A stretch of DNA of 64,000 nt from assembly GCA_040830765.1 (NCBI GenBank), contig JBFOMH010000003.1:114434-178433 (forward strand), in the 5' to 3' direction. Made by a program: the position numbers and the translations under genes. Each line of letters starts with the position of its first letter. Positions within the stretch are counted from its first letter, which is position 1. Shown piece by piece: positions 50,162-59,831 of this stretch. Below the pieces are notes generated by a model. The model did not search any database. It was not told the origin of the DNA and saw nothing but the letters and a program-made list of their open reading frames with translations. Origin of the DNA: Puniceicoccaceae bacterium (GTDB lineage: Bacteria; Verrucomicrobiota; Verrucomicrobiia; Opitutales; Oceanipulchritudinaceae).

Positions 50162-52596
50162 GTGAACATGAGTTCCAGATTCCGGACGCACCGGTTGTCA
50201 CTGGGGGCATAGAGGGATTCGCGGAACGCCTTTTCCGGATGCGGATCCTTGTGCTGGTCTTCTTCATTGTCGCCTCAGCCTTCCTCTTCTGGCAGGCCTC
50301 GCAGACGCGGGTTGATGCCGGCTTTACCAAGCAGCTACCGCTGACGCACGAGTACATCCAGACCTTCCTCGAGTACCGGGAAGAATTCGGTGGAGCCAAC
50401 CGCGTCCTCATTTCCTTCACAGTCGATGAAGGGGATATCTTCACCCCGGAATTCTTCGAGCTCCTGCGCGAAGCAACGGACGAGGCCTACTTCATTCCGG
50501 GAGTTGACCGGGCCCAGGTCACGTCCATCTGGACGCCCAATGTCCGCTTTGTGGAAATTGTCGAGGACGGCTTTGCCGGCGGCAATGTTGTTCCGGCGGA
50601 CTTCGCCGGCACCCCCGAGGATCTGGCCACGGTTCGGCAGAACATCGTCAAGTCCGGCCGCCTCGGACAACTGGTCGCCAACGACTTCAGCGGAGCCATT
50701 ATCTCCGCTCAGCTGCTCGAAGTGGATCCCGCCACTGGCGAAAAACTGAATTACATGGCAGTGGCCGACTACCTGGAGGAAAAATTCCGCCAGCGCTATG
50801 AAAAGAAGGGCCGTGAGGTCGGCTTGAAGGTCGGGATCATCGGCTTTGCCAAGGTCATCGGAGATGTCCGGGACGGGGCCACCAATGTCATTCTCTTCTT
50901 CTTCGTTTCGTTGGCCATCACAGGTGGCTTTGTTCATTACTATTCCCAGTCGAAGCGCCTGGCCGGACTGACTATCCTCACCGCACTGGTCGCCGTCGGC
51001 TGGCAACTGGGGCTGCTTAACCTGCTTGGCTACGGCATCGATCCGATGTCCATCCTCGTGCCCTTCCTCGTGCTGGCCATTGGCGTCAGCCATGGCGTGC
51101 AGATGGTCCGGTCCTTCCGCGAGTCCTTCTTTGGGGGCCGTAACAGCCTCGATGCGGCCAAGGACAGCTTTATCCAATTGCTGGTACCCGGCTCAACCGC
51201 CCTCGTGACAGACTTAATTGGCTTCATCACCATTCTTGCTATCCGGATTCCCATCATCCAGGAACTGGCGATTACCGCCAGCCTTGGGATCTTCACCCTT
51301 TTCTTCACCAACCTCTTCCTGCTTCCCATTCTGCTCTCCTATGTCGGGTTGGATCCGGGTATGCGGGACCGCATCCGTGAGCGGCACCAGCGCACCGACC
51401 ACTTCTGGACAAAAGTCGCCAGTGTCGCCCGCCCGGGGCGTTCGCTTGTCGTCTTCGGTATTGCCGCCATCCTCGGTATTGCCGGCTTCCACTATGCCAA
51501 ACAGGTCCGCATCGGCGATCTCAGCCACGGGGTCCCCGAACTGCGCGAGACCTCGCGCTACAACCAGGACAGCTACCTGATCGCAGACCGCTTCGACATC
51601 GGGGTCAATATCATCACGGTCATTTGCGAGACTATCCCCAATGGCTGTGTCGATTACCGGGTCATGGAACAGGTGGACCGGATGGCCTGGCATGTCAGGA
51701 ATGTTGAAGGCGTCCAGTCCGTCGCCTGCCTGCCAATCATCTCCAAGACCATCAACCAGGGTTTCAACGAAGGGAATCCCAAGTGGCACATCCTCCCCCG
51801 GCACCCTGCCGTCCTCAGCCAGTCCATCATGCCGGTGGACACCGCAACCGGACTGCTCAATGCAGATGGCAGTGTGCTGCCAATCTACATTTTCCTCCGG
51901 GATCACCGGGCGGAGACCATCGCTGGCGTGGTTGAGGAAATCAAACGCTTCCGGCAGGCGGAAAGCTCACAACTGGTCGACTTCCGCCTCGCCACGGGCA
52001 ATGTCGGGGTCATGGGGGCCACCAATGAGGTTGTCGCCGCGGCCCAGTTCCCGATGCTCCTCTATGTCTTCGGGGCGGTCATCCTGCTCTGCCTTATTTC
52101 CTTCCGCTCCTGGCGGGCCGCCTTCTGCATTGTCCTTCCGTTGGCCCTGGTATCGGTCATGGCCTATGCATTGATGGCCAAGCTGCATATCGGCCTCAAG
52201 GTTTCCACCCTGCCGGTGGTTGCCCTCGGGGTCGGGGTCGGGGTGGACTACGGGATTTATCTCTTCTTCCGCCTGCGTTCCTACATCGTTCGCGAAAAGA
52301 AGTTCACCGGGGCCGCGGAGGTCGATGAGGAACTGATTCTCGAGACCGATGCCGACCACTCCATGCTTTTCGAGGAAGCCCTGGTCGCCGCCCTGCGCCA
52401 GACCGGGAGTGCAGTTGTCTTCACCGGCCTGACCCTCGCCGTCGGGGTCAGTACCTGGATTTTCTCCGCCCTCAAGTTCCAGGCCGACATGGGTGTCCTC
52501 CTGACCTTCATGTTCCTCTTCAACATGCTCGGAGCTATTCTCCTCCTGCCCGCCATCGCCCGCTGGCTCCTGCCCCACCACAAGTGGCGGGAGTGA
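50158..52596 (+). CDS. RND/MMPL-family transporter
   Basis: Two periplasmic loops each followed by TM bundles; DPMSILVPFL.LAIGVSHGVQ, GVGVDYGIY, LKFQADMG. Confidence 0.9.
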   Translation: MSEHEFQIPDAPVVTGGIEGFAERLFRMRILVLVFFIVASAFLFWQASQTRVDAGFTKQLPLTHEYIQTFLEYREEFGGANRVLISFTVDEGDIFTPEFFELLREATDEAYFIPGVDRAQVTSIWTPNVRFVEIVEDGFAGGNVVPADFAGTPEDLATVRQNIVKSGRLGQLVANDFSGAIISAQLLEVDPATGEKLNYMAVADYLEEKFRQRYEKKGREVGLKVGIIGFAKVIGDVRDGATNVILFFFVSLAITGGFVHYYSQSKRLAGLTILTALVAVGWQLGLLNLLGYGIDPMSILVPFLVLAIGVSHGVQMVRSFRESFFGGRNSLDAAKDSFIQLLVPGSTALVTDLIGFITILAIRIPIIQELAITASLGIFTLFFTNLFLLPILLSYVGLDPGMRDRIRERHQRTDHFWTKVASVARPGRSLVVFGIAAILGIAGFHYAKQVRIGDLSHGVPELRETSRYNQDSYLIADRFDIGVNIITVICETIPNGCVDYRVMEQVDRMAWHVRNVEGVQSVACLPIISKTINQGFNEGNPKWHILPRHPAVLSQSIMPVDTATGLLNADGSVLPIYIFLRDHRAETIAGVVEEIKRFRQAESSQLVDFRLATGNVGVMGATNEVVAAAQFPMLLYVFGAVILLCLISFRSWRAAFCIVLPLALVSVMAYALMAKLHIGLKVSTLPVVALGVGVGVDYGIYLFFRLRSYIVREKKFTGAAEVDEELILETDADHSMLFEEALVAALRQTGSAVVFTGLTLAVGVSTWIFSALKFQADMGVLLTFMFLFNMLGAILLLPAIARWLLPHHKWRE

Positions 52597-52610
52597 TGTG
52601 GCCAATGCGA

Positions 52611-52779
52611 TTAGCCGGGGCTTAAGCCCCGGGCTACATTATTCGGCCTCTTCGAGGCCGGGATTAATTTTTATGGTCAAACGGTAGCCTCTGGCTAGGC
52701 GCAGAGCGCCGCTATATGTTAGCCGTGGGCGAAGCCCACGGACATTGATGGAAATATTTATTGGGAGCCGCATCGCGGC
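52611..52779. repeat. Cluster of REP-like palindromes between convergent genes
   Basis: tagccggggcttaagccccgggctac, cggcctcttcgaggccg, ggcgcagagcgcc, agccgtgggcgaagcccacgg, gccgcatcgcggc. Confidence 0.7.
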
Positions 52780-52821
52780 AGCACCGATTTCGTTAACGCA
52801 TCCAATTCCGGAGCGTTATCG

Positions 52822-53355
52822 TCACCCCTCGTGCGGTACCTTGCGGATCTGGCTCAGGTCGTACTCTTCTGCGGCGACAATGTCCAAGAGCTTTTGGTAA
52901 TCCGCCTCCGGGATTTCCGGTGTCCGGGCCATGATCCAAACGTAATCGCGTTTGCTGCGTCCAATAATGGTCTGCGTGTAGTTATCATCCAGATACACGA
53001 TGCGGTACTCTGCCTTGATGGGCCAGATAAACTGCATCCCCCAGAGCGCGTCGGACTCCTCACTGACAAAACCGGTCGGGTTGTACTCCTTCAGGGGTCC
53101 GTCAAAGCCGCCCTTGTTGAAGGTGAAGGTGGTGTCGATGCGGTTGCCTTCCCCACGGGCGTATGTCTCCACAGCATTGTAGGCCTCCGTTTCAATGAAA
53201 GTCGGGATACAGGCAATGACGTACCAGTCGCCCATGAAGCGGTTCAGGTCGACGGACGCTTCGGTCCGTATGGGTGCAGGTGATTGGCATCCGGTCATAA
53301 GGCAAACTGTGGCTAAGGTTGGCAGTGCAAAAAGGATAAATTTCCAATTCTTCAT
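52822..53355 (-). CDS. blc: Bacterial lipocalin lipoprotein
   Basis: Lipobox MTGC; VDLNRFMGDWYVIA, Y.IVYLD..Y, YVWIMARTP. Confidence 0.9.
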   Translation of the reverse strand: MKNWKFILFALPTLATVCLMTGCQSPAPIRTEASVDLNRFMGDWYVIACIPTFIETEAYNAVETYARGEGNRIDTTFTFNKGGFDGPLKEYNPTGFVSEESDALWGMQFIWPIKAEYRIVYLDDNYTQTIIGRSKRDYVWIMARTPEIPEADYQKLLDIVAAEEYDLSQIRKVPHEG

Positions 53356-53356
53356 C

Positions 53357-54073
53357 TTAATCAAGAAAGGTTAGCAGGTTCTGGTTGACGACAGAGCGGG
53401 CCGGGAGCACCACCGGTTCGTAGCGGAGCGTGCGCCCGCCCTCGGTCAGCGACTCCAGCGCCAGCCAGCGCTGGTCCTCGACGGCATACCAGATGGAAAT
53501 GGGGAGCCCCTTGACCATGATATCATATTGCCGGGCGGGAATGGCCTCACCCTGGTAGGCGATACTGGCTTCTCCACGCTCGATAACCTCCACCGGCTCA
53601 TACTCGCCGGTCTGGGAGTTCAACAGCCGGTTGGCCTCGAGTATCTCAGGACTCCAATAACAGAAGCTCTTCAGCTCTGCCGGGAGTTTGGCGTCCTCTG
53701 CACCAGTCGAAAGCGTAAAATGCTCACCTGCCCGTTCACCTTGAACAATAAATTCATCGCCGTTGGCATTGGTGTAGGCATCGATGCTAACCAGCCCCAT
53801 GCTGTCCCATGCCTCGACATTGCGATGCTGGTAGCGGTAGGCCGTGATGAAGAGGAACTTCACGTCAAACCGGGCTTCAGTCTCCACATTGACACGGGAA
53901 CCCTCCGGATCGATCCGGAACTGGTGCCAGCCAATTTCCTTGTCGTCGAGGAAGACTTTGAAGCGCCATTCCAGGGAGTCATCGACTGTATCGAGACTAG
54001 TCTGGGCAATGACCGTCGCACCGGAGAGCAACAGCACAGCGAGAGAAAACAGAGAGAAATAAAGGTGTTTCAT
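53357..54073 (-). CDS. DUF6134-family exported protein
   Basis: Signal peptide from ATG 54073; F.V.LD.KEIG.H.F, VKFLFITAYRY.H, SFCYW, LLNSQTG. Confidence 0.7.
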   Translation of the reverse strand: MKHLYFSLFSLAVLLLSGATVIAQTSLDTVDDSLEWRFKVFLDDKEIGWHQFRIDPEGSRVNVETEARFDVKFLFITAYRYQHRNVEAWDSMGLVSIDAYTNANGDEFIVQGERAGEHFTLSTGAEDAKLPAELKSFCYWSPEILEANRLLNSQTGEYEPVEVIERGEASIAYQGEAIPARQYDIMVKGLPISIWYAVEDQRWLALESLTEGGRTLRYEPVVLPARSVVNQNLLTFLD

Positions 54074-54090
54074 GATAATAAATTTAAAGA

Positions 54091-54864
54091 TTAGTTGGCG
54101 CTCTTGGGCAGCCAGGGAAAGAAGGCATTCGTCCGGCGAGCATACTCGGCATATCCGGGACGCCGCTCGCCGATATCCTTTTCGAGAAGCGAGACACCGG
54201 AGACCTTGAGGAGCAGGAACGACATCAACAATGGGGCCGGCAGGCTCCACCAGGCGCCGGCTGAAAGAGCCAGCAGGTAGAAGCCCCACCAGACACAGAA
54301 GTCACCAAAGTAGTTGGGATGGCGGGTATAGCGCCAAAGGCCACGGTCCATGACCTTTCCCTTGTTCTCCGATTTGGCCTTGAAGAAGGCCAGCTGGAAG
54401 TCCCCCACGCTCTCAAAAAAGATGCCCGTCAGGACCACGGCGATGCCCAACCAGTCGAGCACGCCGAAGGCGGCTTGTCCCGTCACCGCGCCGAGCAAGG
54501 GCAGCGAGATGAACCAGGCCAGTCCAGCCTGCAGCAGGAAAACGATATAGAGACTCTTCCAGACAAACGGCTGATTGCGCTCCCGCATGGCGGCATAGCG
54601 GTAGTCTTCCCCCTTGCCCCAGTTGCGCCAAGTGATGTAACCCGAGAGGCGCACACCCCAGATGGTCACCAGGGCCAGCACCAGCATCGCCCGCGGGCCC
54701 GTTTCCGCCACCAGAGCATAAGTGCAGGCGGCAAGAACAAAGAAGATGGACCACAGCGAATCAACAATGCTGGTATTGCGGATGATGATACTGATCGGCC
54801 AGAATAAAAACCCGAAGCCGCACAAGACGGCCAGGGCGACAAAAAATGTATTAAAGTCGAACAT
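54091..54864 (-). CDS. DUF1295 membrane protein (steroid 5-alpha-reductase-like)
   Basis: IVD..WS, WGVRL, GEDYRY, GLWRYTRHPNYFG, Y..Y..RT.AFFPW. Confidence 0.88.
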   Translation of the reverse strand: MFDFNTFFVALAVLCGFGFLFWPISIIIRNTSIVDSLWSIFFVLAACTYALVAETGPRAMLVLALVTIWGVRLSGYITWRNWGKGEDYRYAAMRERNQPFVWKSLYIVFLLQAGLAWFISLPLLGAVTGQAAFGVLDWLGIAVVLTGIFFESVGDFQLAFFKAKSENKGKVMDRGLWRYTRHPNYFGDFCVWWGFYLLALSAGAWWSLPAPLLMSFLLLKVSGVSLLEKDIGERRPGYAEYARRTNAFFPWLPKSAN

Positions 54865-54878
54865 GTTTTCCTCCAAAG

Positions 54879-55409
54879 TCATGCTGCAGGGACCACGGAA
54901 TAGCCGTCGAGGCGCCGAGCCATGCCTGCCAGCAATGGTAGTAAAATAGCCCATCCGAGGCCAATTGCCAAGAGCGAGAGGACGTTTTCCGTAAAGATTA
55001 CAGCGCCCGCCCGTTCACCAAAGAAAAAGGCCGCTGGTCCGCAAATTGCACCGACTATAGAAGTCAGAATCCAATTATTTTTCAGCCACCGCATGCCCAC
55101 ATTGATGGTTGTGGCGAATAAAATCCACATCGCGACAATCCAGTAGGGGGCAAATCCCTCCACCAGGAAGCCGTCCCCGTACTGGAGAAGACCACCACTG
55201 ACAAGAATGGATTCCCAGATGAGTCCGATGCCGGCAGCCACTGCCAGTAGCATCGCTTCCTTTTGACGGCCGGGGGCTGTCCGCAGGTGCTCGAGGGCAA
55301 TGGCCAGCACGACAGCCGTACCCAGCCAGGCCAGGCCGTGGGCAGCACCATAGACGCAGGCCAGCCAGCCAGCCTTGAATAGAATCAGATTTTTCCAGAA
55401 TAGAATCAT
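54879..55409 (-). CDS. DUF2878 membrane protein
   Basis: N.ILFK.GW.ACV, P.W...MW..FATT.N, GA..GP.A...G. Confidence 0.8.
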   Translation of the reverse strand: MILFWKNLILFKAGWLACVYGAAHGLAWLGTAVVLAIALEHLRTAPGRQKEAMLLAVAAGIGLIWESILVSGGLLQYGDGFLVEGFAPYWIVAMWILFATTINVGMRWLKNNWILTSIVGAICGPAAFFFGERAGAVIFTENVLSLLAIGLGWAILLPLLAGMARRLDGYSVVPAA

Positions 55410-55456
55410 AGATATGCCTTTCGTTGAATTTTGCACCGGAGTGTAGGCCACCCGGC

Positions 55457-55570
55457 GTGAAGACAACGTCCGGTAAACGTGAATTCTCCGTGAAATGCAT
55501 GGACGCACATGGAGGGCAAAAGATTCAAAAATTTCACAATGAAAGCATTCCGGCTTCACGCTGATTTCAC
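55457..55570. promoter_or_regulatory. Divergent promoter region with phased TTCAC boxes (OmpR/ColR-type)
   Basis: GTGAA at 55457, 55479, 55490; TTCAC at 55533, 55555, 55566 (11/22-bp spacing). Confidence 0.6.
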
Positions 55571-55597
55571 ATTCCTTCCGGTAACGTGGCTTCCGTT

Positions 55598-56305
55598 ATG
55601 AAAACCAAATACAACACCTTCTTCGGAACAACCCGGTTCCCGGCCGTCTCGTCGGGGACCCTTAAATATGCAATGATAATGGTCCTTGGTCTTTTGGCTG
55701 CTCATGGATCCAATGGCAGCACGACCGGTTGGGGAGCCCGCCTGTTCACGGGTCTCGACTTTGGCCAGACGGACACCATCAAGGCCAACCTAAACGGGAT
55801 TGCCGCCAGCGAAAAGGTCGACCTTGACAGCGGCATCCTCTTCGGGGGAGCCGTGGACTATACCTGGAACAACGGCTTTACCGCGGAACTGGAGTATACC
55901 TACCGCTCAGCCGACTTCTCCAACGCGCCCACCGATATCTTTCCGGACGCCACGGAAGCCGATATCGCCTCGGTCTTGATCTTCGCTAATTTCCTCTACC
56001 GGCCAGCCATCGAGTCCATGCCGCGCCTGCAGCCGCGCCTGGGGATTGGCATCGGCTGGCTCCAGGAAACCAGCCTTGACGTCATGACTGACGGTATGGA
56101 GGAGTCCTTCGACGGCAGCGGCGAGGCGTACCAGCTCATTGTCGGAGCGGACTACAGCCTGACGGAGAACTGGCAATTGGGGCTGAACCTACACTGGTAT
56201 TCCGCTGGTTCCGTCGATTTGAAGGGGGAAACCGACAGTCAAAGAAAACTGGATGTGGACTACGAGGGATTCAGCCTGATCGCATCCGTCGGTTACCGGT
56301 TCTAG
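55598..56305 (+). CDS. Eight-stranded outer-membrane beta-barrel (OmpW/OmpA-like)
   Basis: Alternating beta strands, AELEYTYR, GIGIGW, AYQLIVGADY, terminal VGYRF; start uncertain. Confidence 0.78.
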   Translation: MKTKYNTFFGTTRFPAVSSGTLKYAMIMVLGLLAAHGSNGSTTGWGARLFTGLDFGQTDTIKANLNGIAASEKVDLDSGILFGGAVDYTWNNGFTAELEYTYRSADFSNAPTDIFPDATEADIASVLIFANFLYRPAIESMPRLQPRLGIGIGWLQETSLDVMTDGMEESFDGSGEAYQLIVGADYSLTENWQLGLNLHWYSAGSVDLKGETDSQRKLDVDYEGFSLIASVGYRF

Positions 56306-56316
56306 AAAAACTTCTG

Positions 56317-56350
56317 ACACTTTGGCCCGGATCAACCCGGGCCAAAGTGT
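56317..56350. terminator. Perfect 14-bp stem hairpin after the OMP gene
   Basis: acactttggcccgg-atcaac-ccgggccaaagtgt. Confidence 0.65.
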
Positions 56351-56395
56351 ACCGGAGGTTTTGATTTTTGGAAAATAATAATCAAGCTACCCGTT

Positions 56396-57097
56396 ATGGG
56401 AAACAGTTCCTATTATGCGAAGATCCTGCTGGTGGAGGATGATTTTGATCTTGCGGAAAACCTGATCGATTACCTCGAGCGGCGGAACTTTGTCGTCCAT
56501 CACGCGATGAACGGCCCACTGGGCCTGAATGCCCTGGCGGAAGAATCCTATGATGCCCTGCTGCTCGATATCCGCCTGCCCGGGATGAACGGACTTTCCC
56601 TCTGCCAATACCTGCGCAAGGAAATGCAGGATGACCTCCCGGTGCTGATGATCACCGCAGCCGATTCCCTGGACGATCGCCTGGCGGGATTCAACGCCGG
56701 GACAGACGACTATGTGGTCAAGCCATTCGCCCTGCCGGAGATCGAGGCCCGGCTAACCGCCCTCCTGCGCCGCTCCGGCAAACAGTTGCCCGGAGCGGAC
56801 GATGTAATCACTTACGGGGACCTCAGCCTGAATGTCGGCCAGATGCGGGCAACGCGTGCCGGCCAGGACCTCAACCTGACCATTATGGGCTTCCGCATCC
56901 TCCTCATGCTGGCCCAGTCCGCCCCCAATATAGTCTCCCGCTCATCCCTCGAGACGGCTATCTGGGGAGACGAACCACCCGGCAGTGATGCCCTGCGCAG
57001 CCATGTTTTCGCCCTACGGCAGGAACTGGACCGGCCTTTTGACAACCCTATGCTGAAGACCATCCGCGGTGTTGGTTTTCAACTTGTCCGTTCCTGA
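56396..57097 (+). CDS. OmpR-family response regulator (ColR-like)
   Basis: ILLVEDD, LLDIRLPGMNG, DDYVVKPF, IWGDEPPGSDALRSH, TIRGVGF. Confidence 0.93.
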   Translation: MGNSSYYAKILLVEDDFDLAENLIDYLERRNFVVHHAMNGPLGLNALAEESYDALLLDIRLPGMNGLSLCQYLRKEMQDDLPVLMITAADSLDDRLAGFNAGTDDYVVKPFALPEIEARLTALLRRSGKQLPGADDVITYGDLSLNVGQMRATRAGQDLNLTIMGFRILLMLAQSAPNIVSRSSLETAIWGDEPPGSDALRSHVFALRQELDRPFDNPMLKTIRGVGFQLVRS

Positions 57098-57098
57098 G

Positions 57099-58364
57099 AT
57101 GCTCCCCAAGACCATCAAGAGTCGGCTGGTCCTCCTCATCACCTCCTTCGGGGTGGCGGTGACTATCTTCAACCTCTGGTTCCTCTGGGGCCTGACAAAA
57201 TGGGTCGAGGATTTCATCTTCGAGAGCTTGCTGCGGCAGGAATATGCCCGTCTCGAGGCCACCGGGGCCTTTCACGGCAACGCGGATCATCCCCAAGTCG
57301 GCCCCTTTCATGCGCATGATTCAATTGCCGCCTTCCCTCCCGAGTGGCAGGACTGGTTGAAGGACCTCGATGAAGGCATCCATGAACTGGAAAGTGCGAC
57401 TTCCCTCATGGCCATGGTCGGCCGCGGCCCGGACGACTCCAGGCGGTACCTTGTCGTCCAGACAGACGACCTGGAATATGCGGAATCCAACACAGCCACA
57501 GTCTGGGGCTTCTCGGCACTTGTCCTGTTCATCACCCTCACGGCAGCTGTGATCCTGAGTCTCTACTTCGTTCGACGGATTATTGATCCCCTCAACCGTT
57601 TCACGCGCGAAGTCACCCTCCACGATCCCTCACAGCCGGTCCGGCCCATTGCCGGGCATTTCGAGACCGACGAAATTGGCAGCCTCGCCCGCTCCTTTGA
57701 TGAATTGCAGCAGCGGCTCAATGATTACATCGGCCGGGAAAGGCGCTTCACCGCGGATGTCAGCCATGAACTGCGAACCCCCCTGGCCGTATCCGCCAAC
57801 GCTATCGAGCTCATCAGTGAGCGCTACCAGGGCAAGGAAGACCAACGGGTCATTGAACGGCTCAACCGGAGCGTAAAGCGCATGCAGTCGCTTGTAGAAG
57901 CCTTCCTCGCTCTCGCCCGACAAGAAAACAGCGACTCGGAAGCGGCTGGCAGCGTTGACCTGGAAAGCCTGATTCAGGAAGCCATTGATTTTCACCAGTT
58001 CGCCTATCCGCATTACAACCCGACGGTTATCCGCGACTATCCCGCGGAATTCAGCCTCATTGGCTCCCCGGTTCTGCTGGGCATCCTTTTCCGCAACCTC
58101 ATCGTCAACGCCATCCTCTACTCGCCGGACAACACCCTTCTGGTTTCCGCCAAGGGGCGCTACATCCGGCTGCGCAACCGGGTCGGTGAGGGGGAAGGAT
58201 CTGGTGGTGCCGGGATCGGGCTCTCAATTGCCGAGCGGGTAGCCGCATCCCTGGATCTGCGCCTCGAGGCCAACCGGATCAACGGCCATTTCGAGGCGGT
58301 CATCATCCTGCCGCGGGCCAGCTGGAACGAGGTTGAGGAAAATGACAAGCAAACGAACCGGTAG
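57099..58364 (+). CDS. HAMP-domain sensor histidine kinase (ColS-like)
   Basis: Two TMs, DEIGSLA HAMP, DVSHELRTPL H-box, NLIVNAILYS N-box, GIGLSIA G2; G1 box degenerate. Confidence 0.88.
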   Translation: MLPKTIKSRLVLLITSFGVAVTIFNLWFLWGLTKWVEDFIFESLLRQEYARLEATGAFHGNADHPQVGPFHAHDSIAAFPPEWQDWLKDLDEGIHELESATSLMAMVGRGPDDSRRYLVVQTDDLEYAESNTATVWGFSALVLFITLTAAVILSLYFVRRIIDPLNRFTREVTLHDPSQPVRPIAGHFETDEIGSLARSFDELQQRLNDYIGRERRFTADVSHELRTPLAVSANAIELISERYQGKEDQRVIERLNRSVKRMQSLVEAFLALARQENSDSEAAGSVDLESLIQEAIDFHQFAYPHYNPTVIRDYPAEFSLIGSPVLLGILFRNLIVNAILYSPDNTLLVSAKGRYIRLRNRVGEGEGSGGAGIGLSIAERVAASLDLRLEANRINGHFEAVIILPRASWNEVEENDKQTNR

Positions 58365-58405
58365 CAAAAGTCACCGGTGCCTATAGGAAGAGAAAATGAA
58401 GTGAC

Positions 58406-59170
58406 TTACCGCGTCACGGTCAGCGGCGCGGTCAGCCGGAACTCCATCAGGGTGCCCCGGTTGATGACAATGGGCTGGCCCTTGGCCATGGAAACGCCGG
58501 CGCCTGCAGCCGCGCCACGCCGAGCTCCCTTGGAGGAGTCACTGCGGGCAAGGGCGCCAATACCGGCACCAACGGCCGTATTGCGGACCGTCTTGGCCCC
58601 TTCACGAGCCCCTTCCGCCCCAACTCCTGCCGTCACCACGGGAACCCGGACATTGTCGATAAGGATGTCGGTCACCTGCAATTCAAGCCGGTTCTGGCCG
58701 GCCAGACGACCGGCCTGTTGCAGGACGGTTATCTTCCCGTAGACAGTGGTTCCCTTGGGAGCAACCACCACTCCATTCTGGACCAGGTCCGATTCCAGGG
58801 TGCTGGAGAAGAATTCGCCCTGCTTGCTGGAAGCGGTACTGATGGTTGAGCCCATGCGGACCAGTAAACCGGTCCCGGCGTTGACCGTGACCACCTGTGA
58901 CTGGGCCGGCTGGGCTTCCGCGGGCTGGGCTGGTACCTCGGGTTTTGCCGCGGGCTGGGCGGGCTGTTGTCCACCAAACTGCAGGTTGGCCACTTCATCG
59001 TGGGGATAAACCAGGGTCTGGGAACCGACTTGGAACTGGACTCCTTCGTCGGTGCGCCCGACGAAAGTTCCCTGTATCTTGTCGCCGCTCTTCAATTCGA
59101 GGACATCCCCGATAGCTGGGCAGGCGCAGAGAATCCCTAGGGCCAGGGAAAATAAACTTTGGATTTTCAT
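58406..59170 (-). CDS. Exported hypothetical protein (TrbI/VirB10-like beta domain + glycine zipper)
   Basis: Signal peptide, D.L.LKSGD.I.G domain, PAQP linker, V.AGT.L.VR...ISTA, GAGIGA..GAAAGAG. Confidence 0.6.
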   Translation of the reverse strand: MKIQSLFSLALGILCACPAIGDVLELKSGDKIQGTFVGRTDEGVQFQVGSQTLVYPHDEVANLQFGGQQPAQPAAKPEVPAQPAEAQPAQSQVVTVNAGTGLLVRMGSTISTASSKQGEFFSSTLESDLVQNGVVVAPKGTTVYGKITVLQQAGRLAGQNRLELQVTDILIDNVRVPVVTAGVGAEGAREGAKTVRNTAVGAGIGALARSDSSKGARRGAAAGAGVSMAKGQPIVINRGTLMEFRLTAPLTVTR

Positions 59171-59188
59171 CACTCTTACCTCCTCAAC

Positions 59189-59755
59189 TTACATGCCCGC
59201 CGGAGGGAATTCAGCGAGGATACCGGCAATGGCTGCCCGGAGCTTCTCGTAATCCGGTCCATCACTCTTGCGGCGGCCAACGCCCCATCCGACCCAGGCC
59301 ATCTCCTTGGTCTTTGCGTCGTAGATTTCGATAATGAGGGTACCTTCCTCATATTGGTCCACGGTAACATTGCTACCGGTGTAGTAGTAGGGCGAATAGG
59401 CACCATACCAGCCGCGGGTCGGGTAATGCATGTAGCCCCAATCGGTAATATCGGTCTTGGGAACAACCTTGCCGGTCAAGTTGACCGCAAAATCGCAATC
59501 CTCCTTGGCAACCTTGGTGTAGCCGGCGGCGACCAGCTGGGCCACCACTTCCTCCTGCACGAAACGACCCGTCCGCAGGACAATGCCCGGATCAGCACCC
59601 GGAATATTAGTCGGGAGGGGCATGATGGCGAAGGTCTTGTAGGCTGAAAAATCAACGGCATCGTTGTATTCGGACTGGATTTTGGGCGTCGATTCGCAGC
59701 CAAAAAGGAAGGCCAAGGCGATCGACAACAGAGATATAATAGTGATTTTCTTCAT
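59189..59755 (-). CDS. DUF4136 lipoprotein
   Basis: Lipobox LFGC; DFSAYKTFA, Tyr-rich loop, YEEGTLIIEIYDA...W.G. Confidence 0.85.
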   Translation of the reverse strand: MKKITIISLLSIALAFLFGCESTPKIQSEYNDAVDFSAYKTFAIMPLPTNIPGADPGIVLRTGRFVQEEVVAQLVAAGYTKVAKEDCDFAVNLTGKVVPKTDITDWGYMHYPTRGWYGAYSPYYYTGSNVTVDQYEEGTLIIEIYDAKTKEMAWVGWGVGRRKSDGPDYEKLRAAIAGILAEFPPAGM

Positions 59756-59831
59756 GATAGCTTTGTTACGGTTAAAGTGAGGAAGCTTCAATTAAAGGGG
59801 AATACTCGATAGATTCAACCACGCAGTCACT

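Noticed and set aside
54074..54289. N-terminal extension of the DUF6134 ORF (likewise the extended starts at 2075, 5086, 10959, 41841, 44338, 55559, 61834, 62739)
   Set aside because: Extensions overlap neighbouring genes or precede clear signal peptides; shorter starts chosen
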